Part shown: positions 45,433-54,446 of the stretch, one piece after another
Layout: each line of letters starts with the position of its first letter
Numbering within the stretch: the first letter of the stretch is position 1
Source of the DNA: an uncultured delta proteobacterium
GTDB taxonomy: Bacteria > Myxococcota > Kuafuiibacteriia > Kuafuiibacteriales > Kuafuiibacteriaceae
Direction of reading: 5' to 3'
DNA length: 64,000 nucleotides
Assembly: GCA_963803435.1 (NCBI GenBank)
Contig: CAWDML010000009.1
Location: 1,056,001 to 1,120,000, forward strand
The notes under the pieces: model-generated
Seen by the model: only the letters and a program-made list of their open reading frames with translations
Databases searched by the model: none
What the model was told of the DNA's origin: nothing
Position numbers and translations under genes: made by a program

Positions 45433-46397
45433 CCACCACCTACCTGGAGGCGATCCGCGAGGCGCTCGCCGAGGAGATGCGCGCGGACGATCGGGTGTTC
45501 TGCGTCGGGGAGGACATCGGACACTTCGGCGGTGCGTTCAAGGTGACGGCAGGGCTGATCGATGAGTTTGGACCCGAGCGCGTCGTCGACACGCCGATCG
45601 CCGAGTCCTTGATCAGCGGCGTCGCGATCGGAGCGGCGCTCCGCGGGCTGCGTCCGGTGGCGGAGATGCAGTTCGCCGACTTCGTGACCTCCGGTTTCTC
45701 GCAGCTGATCCACAACGCGGCCACCTTCCACTACCGGCTCGGGATCTCGGTCCCGATGGTGGTGCGCCTCCCCGCTGGCGGCGGCGTCGGCGGCGGTCCC
45801 TTCCACTCGAGGAACCCGGAGGCCTGGTTCGCGCACACGCCCGGGCTCAAGGTGGTGGTGCCGGCCTCCCCCTTCGACGCCAAGGCGCTCATGAAGGCCG
45901 CGATCCGCGATCCCGATCCGGTGATCTACCTCGAGCAGAAGTTCCTGTACCGGCGGGAGAAGGAGGCGCTCGGCGAGGTCGACGCGATCCCGTTCGGACA
46001 GGCGCGCCGGATCCGCCCGGGCCGGCACGCCACCGTGATCGCGTATGGCAACGGCGTCCCGATGGCCCGCGACGCCGCGATCGCGGTCGAGGCGGACGGC
46101 TTCGACGTGGAGGTGCTCGATCTCCGCACGCTGGTGCCGTGGGACTGGCAGGCCGTGATGACCTCGGTCGCCAAGACCGGCCGGGTGCTGATCGTCAGTG
46201 AGGCGACCCGCACCGCTGGGTTCGCCTCGGAGGTGGCGGCGAGCATCGCCGATCTCGTGTTCGACGAGCTCGATGCGCCGATCCGCCGCGTCACCGCGCT
46301 CGATTCACCGGTTCCGGCGGAGGAGGGGCTCGAGGCCTACTTCCGTCCCAACGCGGCCAAGGTCGAGAAGGCGCTACGGGCATTGATGGCTTACTGA
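45429..46397 (+). CDS. 2-oxoacid dehydrogenase E1 beta
   Basis: GEDIG..GGAFKVT, DTPIAES, EMQFADF, HSRNPE, DLRTLVP; ATGA overlap with the alpha gene. Confidence 0.93.
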   Translation: MTTTYLEAIREALAEEMRADDRVFCVGEDIGHFGGAFKVTAGLIDEFGPERVVDTPIAESLISGVAIGAALRGLRPVAEMQFADFVTSGFSQLIHNAATFHYRLGISVPMVVRLPAGGGVGGGPFHSRNPEAWFAHTPGLKVVVPASPFDAKALMKAAIRDPDPVIYLEQKFLYRREKEALGEVDAIPFGQARRIRPGRHATVIAYGNGVPMARDAAIAVEADGFDVEVLDLRTLVPWDWQAVMTSVAKTGRVLIVSEATRTAGFASEVAASIADLVFDELDAPIRRVTALDSPVPAEEGLEAYFRPNAAKVEKALRALMAY

Positions 46398-46418
46398 GAT
46401 TGCGGATAGCGTGCGCTC

Positions 46419-47354
46419 ATGAAGCTCACCGATCGCATCGCGCTCGCGATCGACTTCTCCGAACCCTCGAAGGTCGCGGCGCGGGCGGCGTTCAAGTTCG
46501 CTCGCCTGACCGGCGCCGGCAGGCTGACGATGATCCACGCGGTCCGTCCGGTGGTCCTGCCGGCCGGCACGCAGCCGAAGGTCCGTGAGCGGCTCGAGCA
46601 GCTCCGCGCGCGCATCCACCAGGCCGCGGACTCCCAGCTCGAGGCCCTCTGCTCGGAGCTGGCTGCGCCCCCCGAGCTCGTGATCGATCACCGGATCGTC
46701 GAGGGCCACCCGGCCGAGGTGATCCCGAGGGTCGCGACCGAGATGCAAGCCAGCTTGCTCTTGATCGGATCGCACTCCCGGCGCGGCGTGCGGCGGTGGC
46801 TGACCGGTAGCATCGCCGAGACCCTCCTCGAGCACACCGCCATCCCGACGCTCGTGCTGCTGACGGGCGACGACGGCGTCCCGCCCGACGCCGAGATCGA
46901 CGACATCCGCCACGTGCTGATCGCCATCGACGATGCCGACCAGGGCGAGCCCACCGCGCGCGCCGGTTTCGCGCTGGCGCGGAGCTTCCAGCACGCGAAG
47001 CCGAAGGTGGTGCTCCTGCACGTCGTCGAGGGGACCGGCATCGAGACCCTCGCCGAGGACGATCCTGCGGTGGCCGAGTACGCGCAGGTGCTCGAAGACG
47101 CGGGCCGAGGCGCGGTGGAGGCGCTGGCCGCCCGCTGCGACAGCGGCGGCCTCGACGTCGCGGTGGAGGTCCACCACGGGGTCGCCGACGAGGTGATCCT
47201 GGAGACCGCCCGGCGCCTGCCGGCCCGCCTGGTGGTGGTGGGGACACAAGGACGCGGTCTCGCCAGCTCGATCCTGAGCCTCGGATCGACCGCGATGTAC
47301 GTGGTCCGGCACTCGGATGTCTCCGTGCTGGTGGTCCCCCACCCCGAGGGGTGA
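46419..47354 (+). CDS. Tandem universal stress protein
   Basis: Two USP domains: IALAIDFS...GSHSR...GSIAE and VLIAID...GTQGR...LGSTA...VLVVP. Confidence 0.9.
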   Translation: MKLTDRIALAIDFSEPSKVAARAAFKFARLTGAGRLTMIHAVRPVVLPAGTQPKVRERLEQLRARIHQAADSQLEALCSELAAPPELVIDHRIVEGHPAEVIPRVATEMQASLLLIGSHSRRGVRRWLTGSIAETLLEHTAIPTLVLLTGDDGVPPDAEIDDIRHVLIAIDDADQGEPTARAGFALARSFQHAKPKVVLLHVVEGTGIETLAEDDPAVAEYAQVLEDAGRGAVEALAARCDSGGLDVAVEVHHGVADEVILETARRLPARLVVVGTQGRGLASSILSLGSTAMYVVRHSDVSVLVVPHPEG

Positions 47355-47815
47355 AGGTGGCCTCCGAGCACGATCTCTCGATGATGCGGCGGGCGCTGGA
47401 GCTCGCGCAGATGGCGGCCGATCTCGACGAGGTCCCGGTGGGGGCGGTGATCGTCGTGGGCGGCGAGATTGTGGCGGAGGGCCACAACGACCGGGAGCGC
47501 GCCCGGGACCCCACGGCGCACGCCGAGCTCCTGGCCATCGCGCGCGCCGCCCGGAAGCTCGATCGTTGGCGGCTCTCTGGCGCCACGCTCTACGTGACGC
47601 TCGAGCCCTGCGCGATGTGCGCCGGGGCGCTGGTCAATGCGAGGATCGATCGCCTCGTCTACGGCGCCGACGATCCCCGGGCCGGCGCGGTGCGCACGCT
47701 GTTCTCGATCGCCGACGATGCGCGGCTCAACCACCGCGTGGTGATCGAGTCGGGCGTGCTCGCCGACGCGTGCGGCGAGCTTCTCCGTTCGTTCTTCAAG
47801 TCAAAGCGAAAGTGA
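47351..47815 (+). CDS. tadA: tRNA adenosine(34) deaminase
   Basis: EVPVGAV, DPTAHAE, TLEPCAMC, LNH, FF..KR. Confidence 0.95.
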   Translation: MKVASEHDLSMMRRALELAQMAADLDEVPVGAVIVVGGEIVAEGHNDRERARDPTAHAELLAIARAARKLDRWRLSGATLYVTLEPCAMCAGALVNARIDRLVYGADDPRAGAVRTLFSIADDARLNHRVVIESGVLADACGELLRSFFKSKRK

Positions 47816-47816
47816 G

Positions 47817-47902
47817 CGGAGAGAGCGGGATTCGAACCCGCGGTGCCTTGCGAGCACACACGATTTCCAGTCGTGCACCTTCAGCCACTCGGCCATCTCT
47901 CC
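47817..47902 (-). tRNA. tRNA-Ser(GGA); CCA not encoded
   Basis: Acceptor stem GGAGAGA/TCTCTCC, anticodon arm CACGA-CTGGAAA-TCGTG, long variable arm, GGTTCGAATCC T-loop. Confidence 0.96.
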
Positions 47903-48016
47903 TGATCCGGTGATCGGCGCGGTTTCTCCAACATTCTCGCCCCGCTTGGCAAGAACTCAGCGCGCTTCGGAGAGATGCGCTTGCCTCGCTGGCTCAAACC
48001 TGGCAATGCTCGGGCC

Positions 48017-48121
48017 GGTCGTCGAGGGTCCTACGCAACGTGCGGCCCTGAACCCCCCCAGGTCCGGAAGGAAGCAAGGGTAGGGGCTTAGCACGTGTGT
48101 TGTAGGGTGCCCTTGCCGACC
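48017..48121 (+). ncRNA. ffs: Small bacterial SRP RNA (4.5S)
   Basis: CAGGTCCGGAAGGAAGCA core within a long hairpin closed by GGTCG/CGACC; usual position upstream of dnaX. Confidence 0.92.
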
Positions 48122-48131
48122 ATTTTGGAAA

Positions 48132-49802
48132 ATGGCCTACGTTGTCCTCGCCCGTAAGTGGCGGCCGCAGCAGTTCGCCGACGTCCTCGGGCAGGAGCAT
48201 GTCACCCAGACCCTGACCCACGCGATCGGCGCCGATCGCATCGCCCACGCGTTCCTCTTCTCCGGCCCCCGGGGCTCGGGAAAGACCTCCGCAGCCCGGA
48301 TCCTGGCCAAGGCGCTCTGCTGCCTCCGGGACGGCAAGCCGACCCCGTCGCCCTGCGGCGAGTGCGCCCAGTGCCTCGAGATCACGGAAGGGCGCTCCAC
48401 CGACGTCTTCGAGATCGACGCGGCCTCCCATACCGGCGTCGACAACGTCCGGGACATCATCGACAACGTCCGCTACCTCCCGAGCTCCGCGCGCTTCAAG
48501 ATCTACGTGATCGACGAGGTGCACATGCTCTCCACCGGCGCGTTCAACGCGCTGCTCAAGACGCTGGAGGAGCCCCCACCGCACGTGAAGTTCGTGCTCG
48601 CGACCACCGACGTCCACAAGGTGCCGGTCACGATCCTCTGCCGCTGCCAGCGGTACGACTTCCGGCGCATCCCCTCGGCCCGGATCGCGGCCCGGCTCTC
48701 CGAGATCCTGAAGGCCGAAGGGATTGCCCACGATCCCTCCTCGCTCCTCTTGGTGGCGCGCGAGGCCGAGGGCTCGATGCGGGACGCCCAGTCGCTGCTG
48801 GAGCAGGTGCTCGCGTACTCTGCGGGCCAGAGCCTCGACTCGACGCTGGTGCGCGAGGCGCTCGGCGTGGTCGACGGCGCGCTGATCGCGTCCGCCTTCG
48901 AGGCCCTCCTGCACCGGCGGCCCGCGCTGGCGCTCGACGCCATCGGCGCGGTGCATCACCGGGGCCTCGACCAGAAGCGCTTCGCCGACGCGCTGGTGGA
49001 GCACGCGCGGGACCTGATGGTCGCCAAGCTGGTGCCTGATCCGAGCGCCGCGCTCGATCGACCGAAGGACGAGATCGCGCAGCTGGTCGATCAGGCGAAG
49101 GCGGTGCCGGCCCGCGATCTCGAGCGGCTCTTCACCGAGCTGACCCGGATCGTCGAGGAGGTCGGTCGGTCGCCCCACCCCCGCTTCACGCTCGAGGTCG
49201 GGCTGGCGTCGCTGGCCGACGAGCCCCCGCGCATCTCGCTGGAGTCGCTGCTCGAGAAGCTCTCGCAGGTGGAGTCGCTGCTCGAGGGCAAAGGCCCGAA
49301 GGGCACCCCACCGCCGGCCTCGGGGGGCGATCGCGGGCGTTCGGCCCCGGCGCGTCCCGCCGCGGCCCCGCCGGCGTCCCCGCGCGCCGACGGGCCGCGG
49401 GACTTCGCCGCGCTGGTGGACTTGGTGAAAAAACGGCGGCCCGCGCTGGCTGCGACCCTGAGCCAGGTCCGCCCGCTCGCCTTCTCCGGCGCCGGTGTCA
49501 ACCTGGGTTGCGAGACCGCGTTCGACGAGAAGAAGCTCAACGAGCGAGAAACCCACGACTATCTGGAGGGAATCCTGGAGGAGTTCTTCGAACGCCGGGT
49601 CCCGCTCACGATCCGCCGCAATGCCAAGGGGGCTGGCGCGAACGAACCCGAGAAGCGCACACTGGCAGAGGTCGACGACGAGAAGCGGCAAGCTCGAGTG
49701 AGCGCGAAAGAACAAGCGGCGCGAGAAGCGCCGGCGGTCCGCGCGATCCAGGACAAGCTCGGCGGTGAGATCGCCGACGTCCGAGTGATCGACGAAGGTT
49801 GA
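48132..49802 (+). CDS. dnaX: DNA polymerase III subunit gamma/tau
   Basis: [46 protein letters not shown]. Confidence 0.96.
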   Translation: MAYVVLARKWRPQQFADVLGQEHVTQTLTHAIGADRIAHAFLFSGPRGSGKTSAARILAKALCCLRDGKPTPSPCGECAQCLEITEGRSTDVFEIDAASHTGVDNVRDIIDNVRYLPSSARFKIYVIDEVHMLSTGAFNALLKTLEEPPPHVKFVLATTDVHKVPVTILCRCQRYDFRRIPSARIAARLSEILKAEGIAHDPSSLLLVAREAEGSMRDAQSLLEQVLAYSAGQSLDSTLVREALGVVDGALIASAFEALLHRRPALALDAIGAVHHRGLDQKRFADALVEHARDLMVAKLVPDPSAALDRPKDEIAQLVDQAKAVPARDLERLFTELTRIVEEVGRSPHPRFTLEVGLASLADEPPRISLESLLEKLSQVESLLEGKGPKGTPPPASGGDRGRSAPARPAAAPPASPRADGPRDFAALVDLVKKRRPALAATLSQVRPLAFSGAGVNLGCETAFDEKKLNERETHDYLEGILEEFFERRVPLTIRRNAKGAGANEPEKRTLAEVDDEKRQARVSAKEQAAREAPAVRAIQDKLGGEIADVRVIDEG

Positions 49803-49816
49803 GCGAGGTTCACGGC

Positions 49817-50125
49817 ATGAACATTCAAGAGATGATGCGCCAGGCTCAGCGCATGCAGAAAAAGCTGGAGCAGATCCGCGAGGAGGCCGGCAACAAGACG
49901 GTCGAGGGGACCTCCGGCGGCGGAATGGTCGTGGTGGTCGCGAACGGACGCAACGAGATCATCTCGGTGAAGATCGAGAAAGAGGTCGTCAACCCCGACG
50001 ACGTCGAGATGCTCCAGGATCTGATCGTGGCGGCGACCAACCAGGCGATGCAGCGGGCGAACGAGCTGATGCAGCGGGAGCTCGCCGCGGTGACCGGTGG
50101 GATGCCCATCCCCGGCCTGATCTGA
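49817..50125 (+). CDS. ybaB: YbaB/EbfC nucleoid-associated protein
   Basis: [29 protein letters not shown]. Confidence 0.95.
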   Translation: MNIQEMMRQAQRMQKKLEQIREEAGNKTVEGTSGGGMVVVVANGRNEIISVKIEKEVVNPDDVEMLQDLIVAATNQAMQRANELMQRELAAVTGGMPIPGLI

Positions 50126-50134
50126 GCCTCGCGC

Positions 50135-50740
50135 ATGGACAAGCGGGTCGATCCGATCGCTCGGCTGATCCAGGCGCTCGGCCGCCTCCCTGGGATCGGG
50201 GAGAAGTCGGCCACGCGTCTCTCGTTTCACATCCTCCGCGCCGGGCCCGACTACGCCAAGGATCTGGCCGACGCCCTCCTCGAGGCGACGCAGCGCGTGC
50301 ATCTCTGCCGGCGCTGCATGAACCTCACCGACCGTGAGGTCTGCGGGGTCTGCGAGGATCAACGGCGGGAGCAGTCGGTCCTCTGCATCGTGGAGAACGT
50401 GCAGGATCTCCGCGCCATCGATCGGAGCCACGAGTATCGCGGCCTCTACCACGTGCTGCACGGGACGCTGGCGCCGCTCGAAGGTGTCGGGCCCGACGAG
50501 CTCAAGATCAAGGAGCTCTTGGTGCGGCTCGGAGACGAGTCCTCGGCGATCAAGGAGGTCATCGTCGCCACCAACCCGAGCGTGGAGGGCGAGGCCACCG
50601 CGCTCTATCTGCAGAAGCTCCTCCGCCCCATGGGCTTCCGGATCACGCGCATCGCCTCGGGCCTGCCGATCGGCGGGGATTTCGAGTACGCCGACCCCGC
50701 GACGATCTCGCAGGCGCTCTCGGGCCGCCGCGAGATGTGA
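50135..50740 (+). CDS. recR: Recombination mediator RecR
   Basis: LPGIGEKSA, C4 zinc finger, YHVLHG, ATNPSVEGEATA. Confidence 0.97.
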   Translation: MDKRVDPIARLIQALGRLPGIGEKSATRLSFHILRAGPDYAKDLADALLEATQRVHLCRRCMNLTDREVCGVCEDQRREQSVLCIVENVQDLRAIDRSHEYRGLYHVLHGTLAPLEGVGPDELKIKELLVRLGDESSAIKEVIVATNPSVEGEATALYLQKLLRPMGFRITRIASGLPIGGDFEYADPATISQALSGRREM

Positions 50741-50748
50741 TCGCAGGC

Positions 50749-52143
50749 TCAGGGCGTGCGCAGGGACTCGAGCAGCTTCCGCAGCCAGGTCACGACGCCG
50801 CCCTCGGAGAGCAGTCGGAGCTCCCCGGCGTCGAACCAGACCCCCAGGCAGCGGGGACAGATCTCGAGCGAGGCCGGCTGGGCCGGCACCCCGTAGGCGG
50901 CCAGGCCGATCCGACACGTGGGGCACGAGCCGACCAGGCGATCGAGCGGCGCCTGCTGGAACTGCTGGCCGGGGAGCATCGTCTCCTGCTCGGTGGCGTG
51001 GCCGATGATCCGATCGAGCTCCCCGTGGTCGAGCCAGACGCCACGGCAGCTGGCGCAGCGATCGACGATCAGGCCGTCGAGGAAGAGCGCAGAGAACTCC
51101 CCGCCGCACTTACCGCAGCGCTCGGCCACGGACAGCGAGATCTCGGTGGGCGCGCGCTCCTCCCCGTGCTGCTCACCGGGGCGCTCGAGCGAAAGGTCGC
51201 CCGAGTCGTCGCTGTTCGAATCGGCGAGCGCGGCGCCCGGCTGCAGCATCAACCGGAGCCGCTCCATGGGCAGGCGGCGCTCACTCCGCTTCTCCACGTA
51301 CTCCACCAGCTCGGCGCGCATCTCGTAGGCGCTCTGGTAGCGCTGCTCGGCGTCGGGGTGCGTCGCCTTCAGGATGATGCGATCGATCTCGGGATCGCCG
51401 CCGAACCGCTTGAGCGTCGGAGAGGCGGGCCGTCCCGCCATGATCCGCGCCAGCACCTGGTTCGCCGTCCCGCGTCCGAACGGCAGGTCGCCCTGCAGCG
51501 CCTCGTACATGACGACACCCAAGGAAAAGAGATCGGCGCGGACGTCGATCAGGTGTCCCTTGAGCTGCTCGGGTGGCATGTAGCGGACCTTCCCGAAGAT
51601 CATGTTGCCCTCCATCGAGGGCACCGAGCTGGACTCGGGGACCCACTTGGCCAGGCCGAAGTCGAGGACCTTCACGGCGCCGCTCCGCGCGATCACGATG
51701 TTCTCCGGCGACATGTCGCGGTGGATGATCGGAGTCCCGCCGACCGGCCCGCCGCGGTGGGCCTCAGCCAGGGCGGACAGCACCTCGATGATCACGGCGG
51801 CGATGGTGACGGGCTCGAGCGGATGGCCCGAGAGCGAGGCCCGTCGCTGGAGGCGTTTGAGATCGACGCCGTCGACGTACTCCATCACCATCCAGAGCTC
51901 GTCCTCGGCGTGGCCGACGTCGAAGATGTGGACGATGTTCGGGTGGTTGAGGAACGAGCCCAGCCGCGCCTCGTTGAGGAAGAGGGTGACGTAGGCCGAG
52001 TCTCGAGCGAGCTCGGGTCGGATCCGCTTGAGCGCGACGCGCTTCGCGAAGCCGGCGATGCCGGTGTGCTCCGCCAGATAGATCTCTCCCATGCCGCCGG
52101 AGGCCAGGGAGCGGATCAGGAGGTAGCGCCCGAGGCGTTCCAT
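50749..52143 (-). CDS. Hanks-type Ser/Thr kinase with two C-terminal zf-TFIIB-like zinc ribbons
   Basis: SGGMG, VALK, HRDMSPEN, DFG; CGKC..DRCASCRGVWLDHGEL and CPTC..EICPRCLGVWFDAGEL. Confidence 0.9.
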   Translation of the reverse strand: MERLGRYLLIRSLASGGMGEIYLAEHTGIAGFAKRVALKRIRPELARDSAYVTLFLNEARLGSFLNHPNIVHIFDVGHAEDELWMVMEYVDGVDLKRLQRRASLSGHPLEPVTIAAVIIEVLSALAEAHRGGPVGGTPIIHRDMSPENIVIARSGAVKVLDFGLAKWVPESSSVPSMEGNMIFGKVRYMPPEQLKGHLIDVRADLFSLGVVMYEALQGDLPFGRGTANQVLARIMAGRPASPTLKRFGGDPEIDRIILKATHPDAEQRYQSAYEMRAELVEYVEKRSERRLPMERLRLMLQPGAALADSNSDDSGDLSLERPGEQHGEERAPTEISLSVAERCGKCGGEFSALFLDGLIVDRCASCRGVWLDHGELDRIIGHATEQETMLPGQQFQQAPLDRLVGSCPTCRIGLAAYGVPAQPASLEICPRCLGVWFDAGELRLLSEGGVVTWLRKLLESLRTP

Positions 52144-52226
52144 CCGATCCGCTACCAGTAATACGGGGCGGCCCGGAAGCAAAGTTATGATATGTGCGCT
52201 GTCACCGGTCCCAGTCCGGGCCGGCG

Positions 52227-52880
52227 ATGGTAAGAAGCGTCGTGCGCGCGCTGCTCCTCCTTCCGGTCGCGTTCAGCGCCGCCTGTGGCACCTACTCGAA
52301 CCACCTCACCGCGCGCGCCACGCCGCCGGGAGCGGTCGATTTGGGCATCGACGTCGACGTGGTGGCCACCGAACGCGGGACGATGAAGCGCTCGGTGCTC
52401 CCGAACCCCGACGTGATGGTCCGGGTGGGGCTCGCCGACGGCTTCGACCTCGGCGCCAAGATCAACTTTCTGGGCGCCGAGCTCTCCTCCCGGATCGGCC
52501 TCATTCAGGGCGACGTCGATTTGGCGCTCGCGCCCGGATTCGGGTTCACGTTCGCCGAGCGGACCAGCGAGGACACCGAGGCCTTGGTCTTCACCGGCAA
52601 GATCCCGCTCCTGGTCGGCGTTCATCTGGGCGACATCGTCACGCTGGTGGGCGGGTTCAACGGCATCTTTCACGTCACGGCCGGCTCGAACGACTCCGAC
52701 AACTCCGACGTCATCCTGTATCCGGGTGGTACGTTCGGCGTGGACCTTCAGCTCGCGCACATCATCGCGATTTTCCCGGAGGTGAACGTTCACGTGCCCT
52801 ATCACGTGAATCTCGAGCGCTGGCGGAAGGTCAACTTTCAGGCCGGTTTGGGCGTCCGCCTGACGTTCGGAGGAGATTAG
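52227..52880 (+). CDS. Putative lipoprotein with beta-barrel-like body
   Basis: Signal peptide with lipobox SAAC; alternating hydrophobic beta-strand patterns throughout. Confidence 0.7.
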   Translation: MVRSVVRALLLLPVAFSAACGTYSNHLTARATPPGAVDLGIDVDVVATERGTMKRSVLPNPDVMVRVGLADGFDLGAKINFLGAELSSRIGLIQGDVDLALAPGFGFTFAERTSEDTEALVFTGKIPLLVGVHLGDIVTLVGGFNGIFHVTAGSNDSDNSDVILYPGGTFGVDLQLAHIIAIFPEVNVHVPYHVNLERWRKVNFQAGLGVRLTFGGD

Positions 52881-52896
52881 GCTACTGTCCGGGGCT

Positions 52897-54438
52897 GTGG
52901 ACGAGCGCTCCGAGGTCGACAGTGACTTTCGTGCGCTGATCGAGGGCAGCCCGGACGGCGTGATCGTGCTGCAGGATGGGCGCTACGCCTACGTCAATCC
53001 CGCCTTCGCTGCGCTCGTGGATCGGACCGTCGAATCCATGTTGGGGACGCCCTTGCTCGACGACGTCGACGCCGGCGATCGCACCGCGCTGGAGCAGCGG
53101 CTGGCGTCGCACGAGAACGAGGACGAGCTCGGAGACTTCCGGCTGACGCGGACCGACGGAGAGCGCGTGACGGTCCAGCTCCGGCCCGTGGCGGTGGAGC
53201 GGTTCCAGGGAGAGCCGTGCACCGTGCTGATGGCGCGCGACGTGACCGAGCGGCGGAGGTTGCAGGCGCGGTTGCTCTTGATCGATCGCTTGATGTCCGT
53301 CGGTGCGCTCGCTGCCGGCGTGGCCCACGAGATCAACAACCCGCTCTCCTACGTCATGGGCAACCTGGCGTTCATGCGCGAGGAGCTCGAAGGGATCGCC
53401 GACGATCTCCCGGAGCCGATCCGCGGAGACATGGTCGAGGCGGTCCAGGAAGCGGCCGAGGGTGCCGAGCGGGTCCGGTCGATCGTGCGCAATCTCCAGG
53501 CGTTCTCGCGGGCCGATCAGGAGGGCACCTCTCCGATCGACGTCAACCGCACCATCGATGCCGCGATCGGGATGGCGTGGATCGAGATCCGGCACCGCGC
53601 GCACCTCGTGAAGGATCTCGGCCCCGAGCTGCCGCCCGTGCTGGCGAGCGAGGCGCGCCTGGGTCAGGTGGTCCTCAACCTGCTGCTCAACGCGGCCCAC
53701 GCGCTGCCTGAGGGCGAGGCGGAGAAGAATCGGATCGCGATCCGCACCGCGTTCGAGGTGGAGACCAACGAGGTGCTGATGGAGATCTCCGACACGGGCC
53801 CGGGCATCCCGCCGGAGATCGTCGATCGCGTGTTCGACACGTTCTTCACCACCAAGCCCATCGGCATCGGCACCGGGCTCGGCCTGTCGATCGTGCACAG
53901 CATCGTCACGGCCATGGGCGGTCGGATCGGCGTGGAGAGCCGGCTGGGCGAGGGGACCACCTTCCGGGTGCTCCTCCCGGTGGCGCCGGACGAGGAGGAC
54001 GACGAGGTCGACCCACGCCCGGAGGTGGTCGGCTTTCGCGCGGGCCTGCGCGGCCACGTGCTCGTGATCGACGACGAGCCTCTGATCGCCAACTCGCTCC
54101 GCCGCGCGCTCAAGCATCACACCGTCACGGTGGTACGGAGCGGTCGTCGCGCGATCGAGACCATGGAGAAGGGCGAGGACTTCGATCTGATCTTCTGTGA
54201 CCTGATGATGCCCGACCTGACCGGGATGGACGTCTACGCCTGGGTCAGGGAGCACCAGCCCGGTGTGGAGAATCGGATCGTGTTCATGACCGGCGGCATC
54301 TTCACCCCGCGGGCCCAAGCCTTTCTCCACGACGTGAAGAACCATCGGATCCAGAAGCCCTTCGATCTGGATCGGATCCGTAGCTTCGTGGACACCACCA
54401 TCGCCGGCGGGCGGGTCGAGACCGGCGACCTGCCGTAG
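52897..54438 (+). CDS. Hybrid histidine kinase (PAS-HisKA-HATPase-REC)
   Basis: PAS (YVNPAF..ARDVTER), AHEINNP, NAAHA, DTGPGI, GTGLGL; receiver VIDDE, CDLMMP, KPF. Confidence 0.93.
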   Translation: MDERSEVDSDFRALIEGSPDGVIVLQDGRYAYVNPAFAALVDRTVESMLGTPLLDDVDAGDRTALEQRLASHENEDELGDFRLTRTDGERVTVQLRPVAVERFQGEPCTVLMARDVTERRRLQARLLLIDRLMSVGALAAGVAHEINNPLSYVMGNLAFMREELEGIADDLPEPIRGDMVEAVQEAAEGAERVRSIVRNLQAFSRADQEGTSPIDVNRTIDAAIGMAWIEIRHRAHLVKDLGPELPPVLASEARLGQVVLNLLLNAAHALPEGEAEKNRIAIRTAFEVETNEVLMEISDTGPGIPPEIVDRVFDTFFTTKPIGIGTGLGLSIVHSIVTAMGGRIGVESRLGEGTTFRVLLPVAPDEEDDEVDPRPEVVGFRAGLRGHVLVIDDEPLIANSLRRALKHHTVTVVRSGRRAIETMEKGEDFDLIFCDLMMPDLTGMDVYAWVREHQPGVENRIVFMTGGIFTPRAQAFLHDVKNHRIQKPFDLDRIRSFVDTTIAGGRVETGDLP

Positions 54439-54446
54439 GGCCATCC

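Noticed and set aside
47817-47902. tRNA-Ser as an integration site
   Set aside because: Its 3' end abuts tadA; no integrase or duplicated tRNA 3' end was seen.
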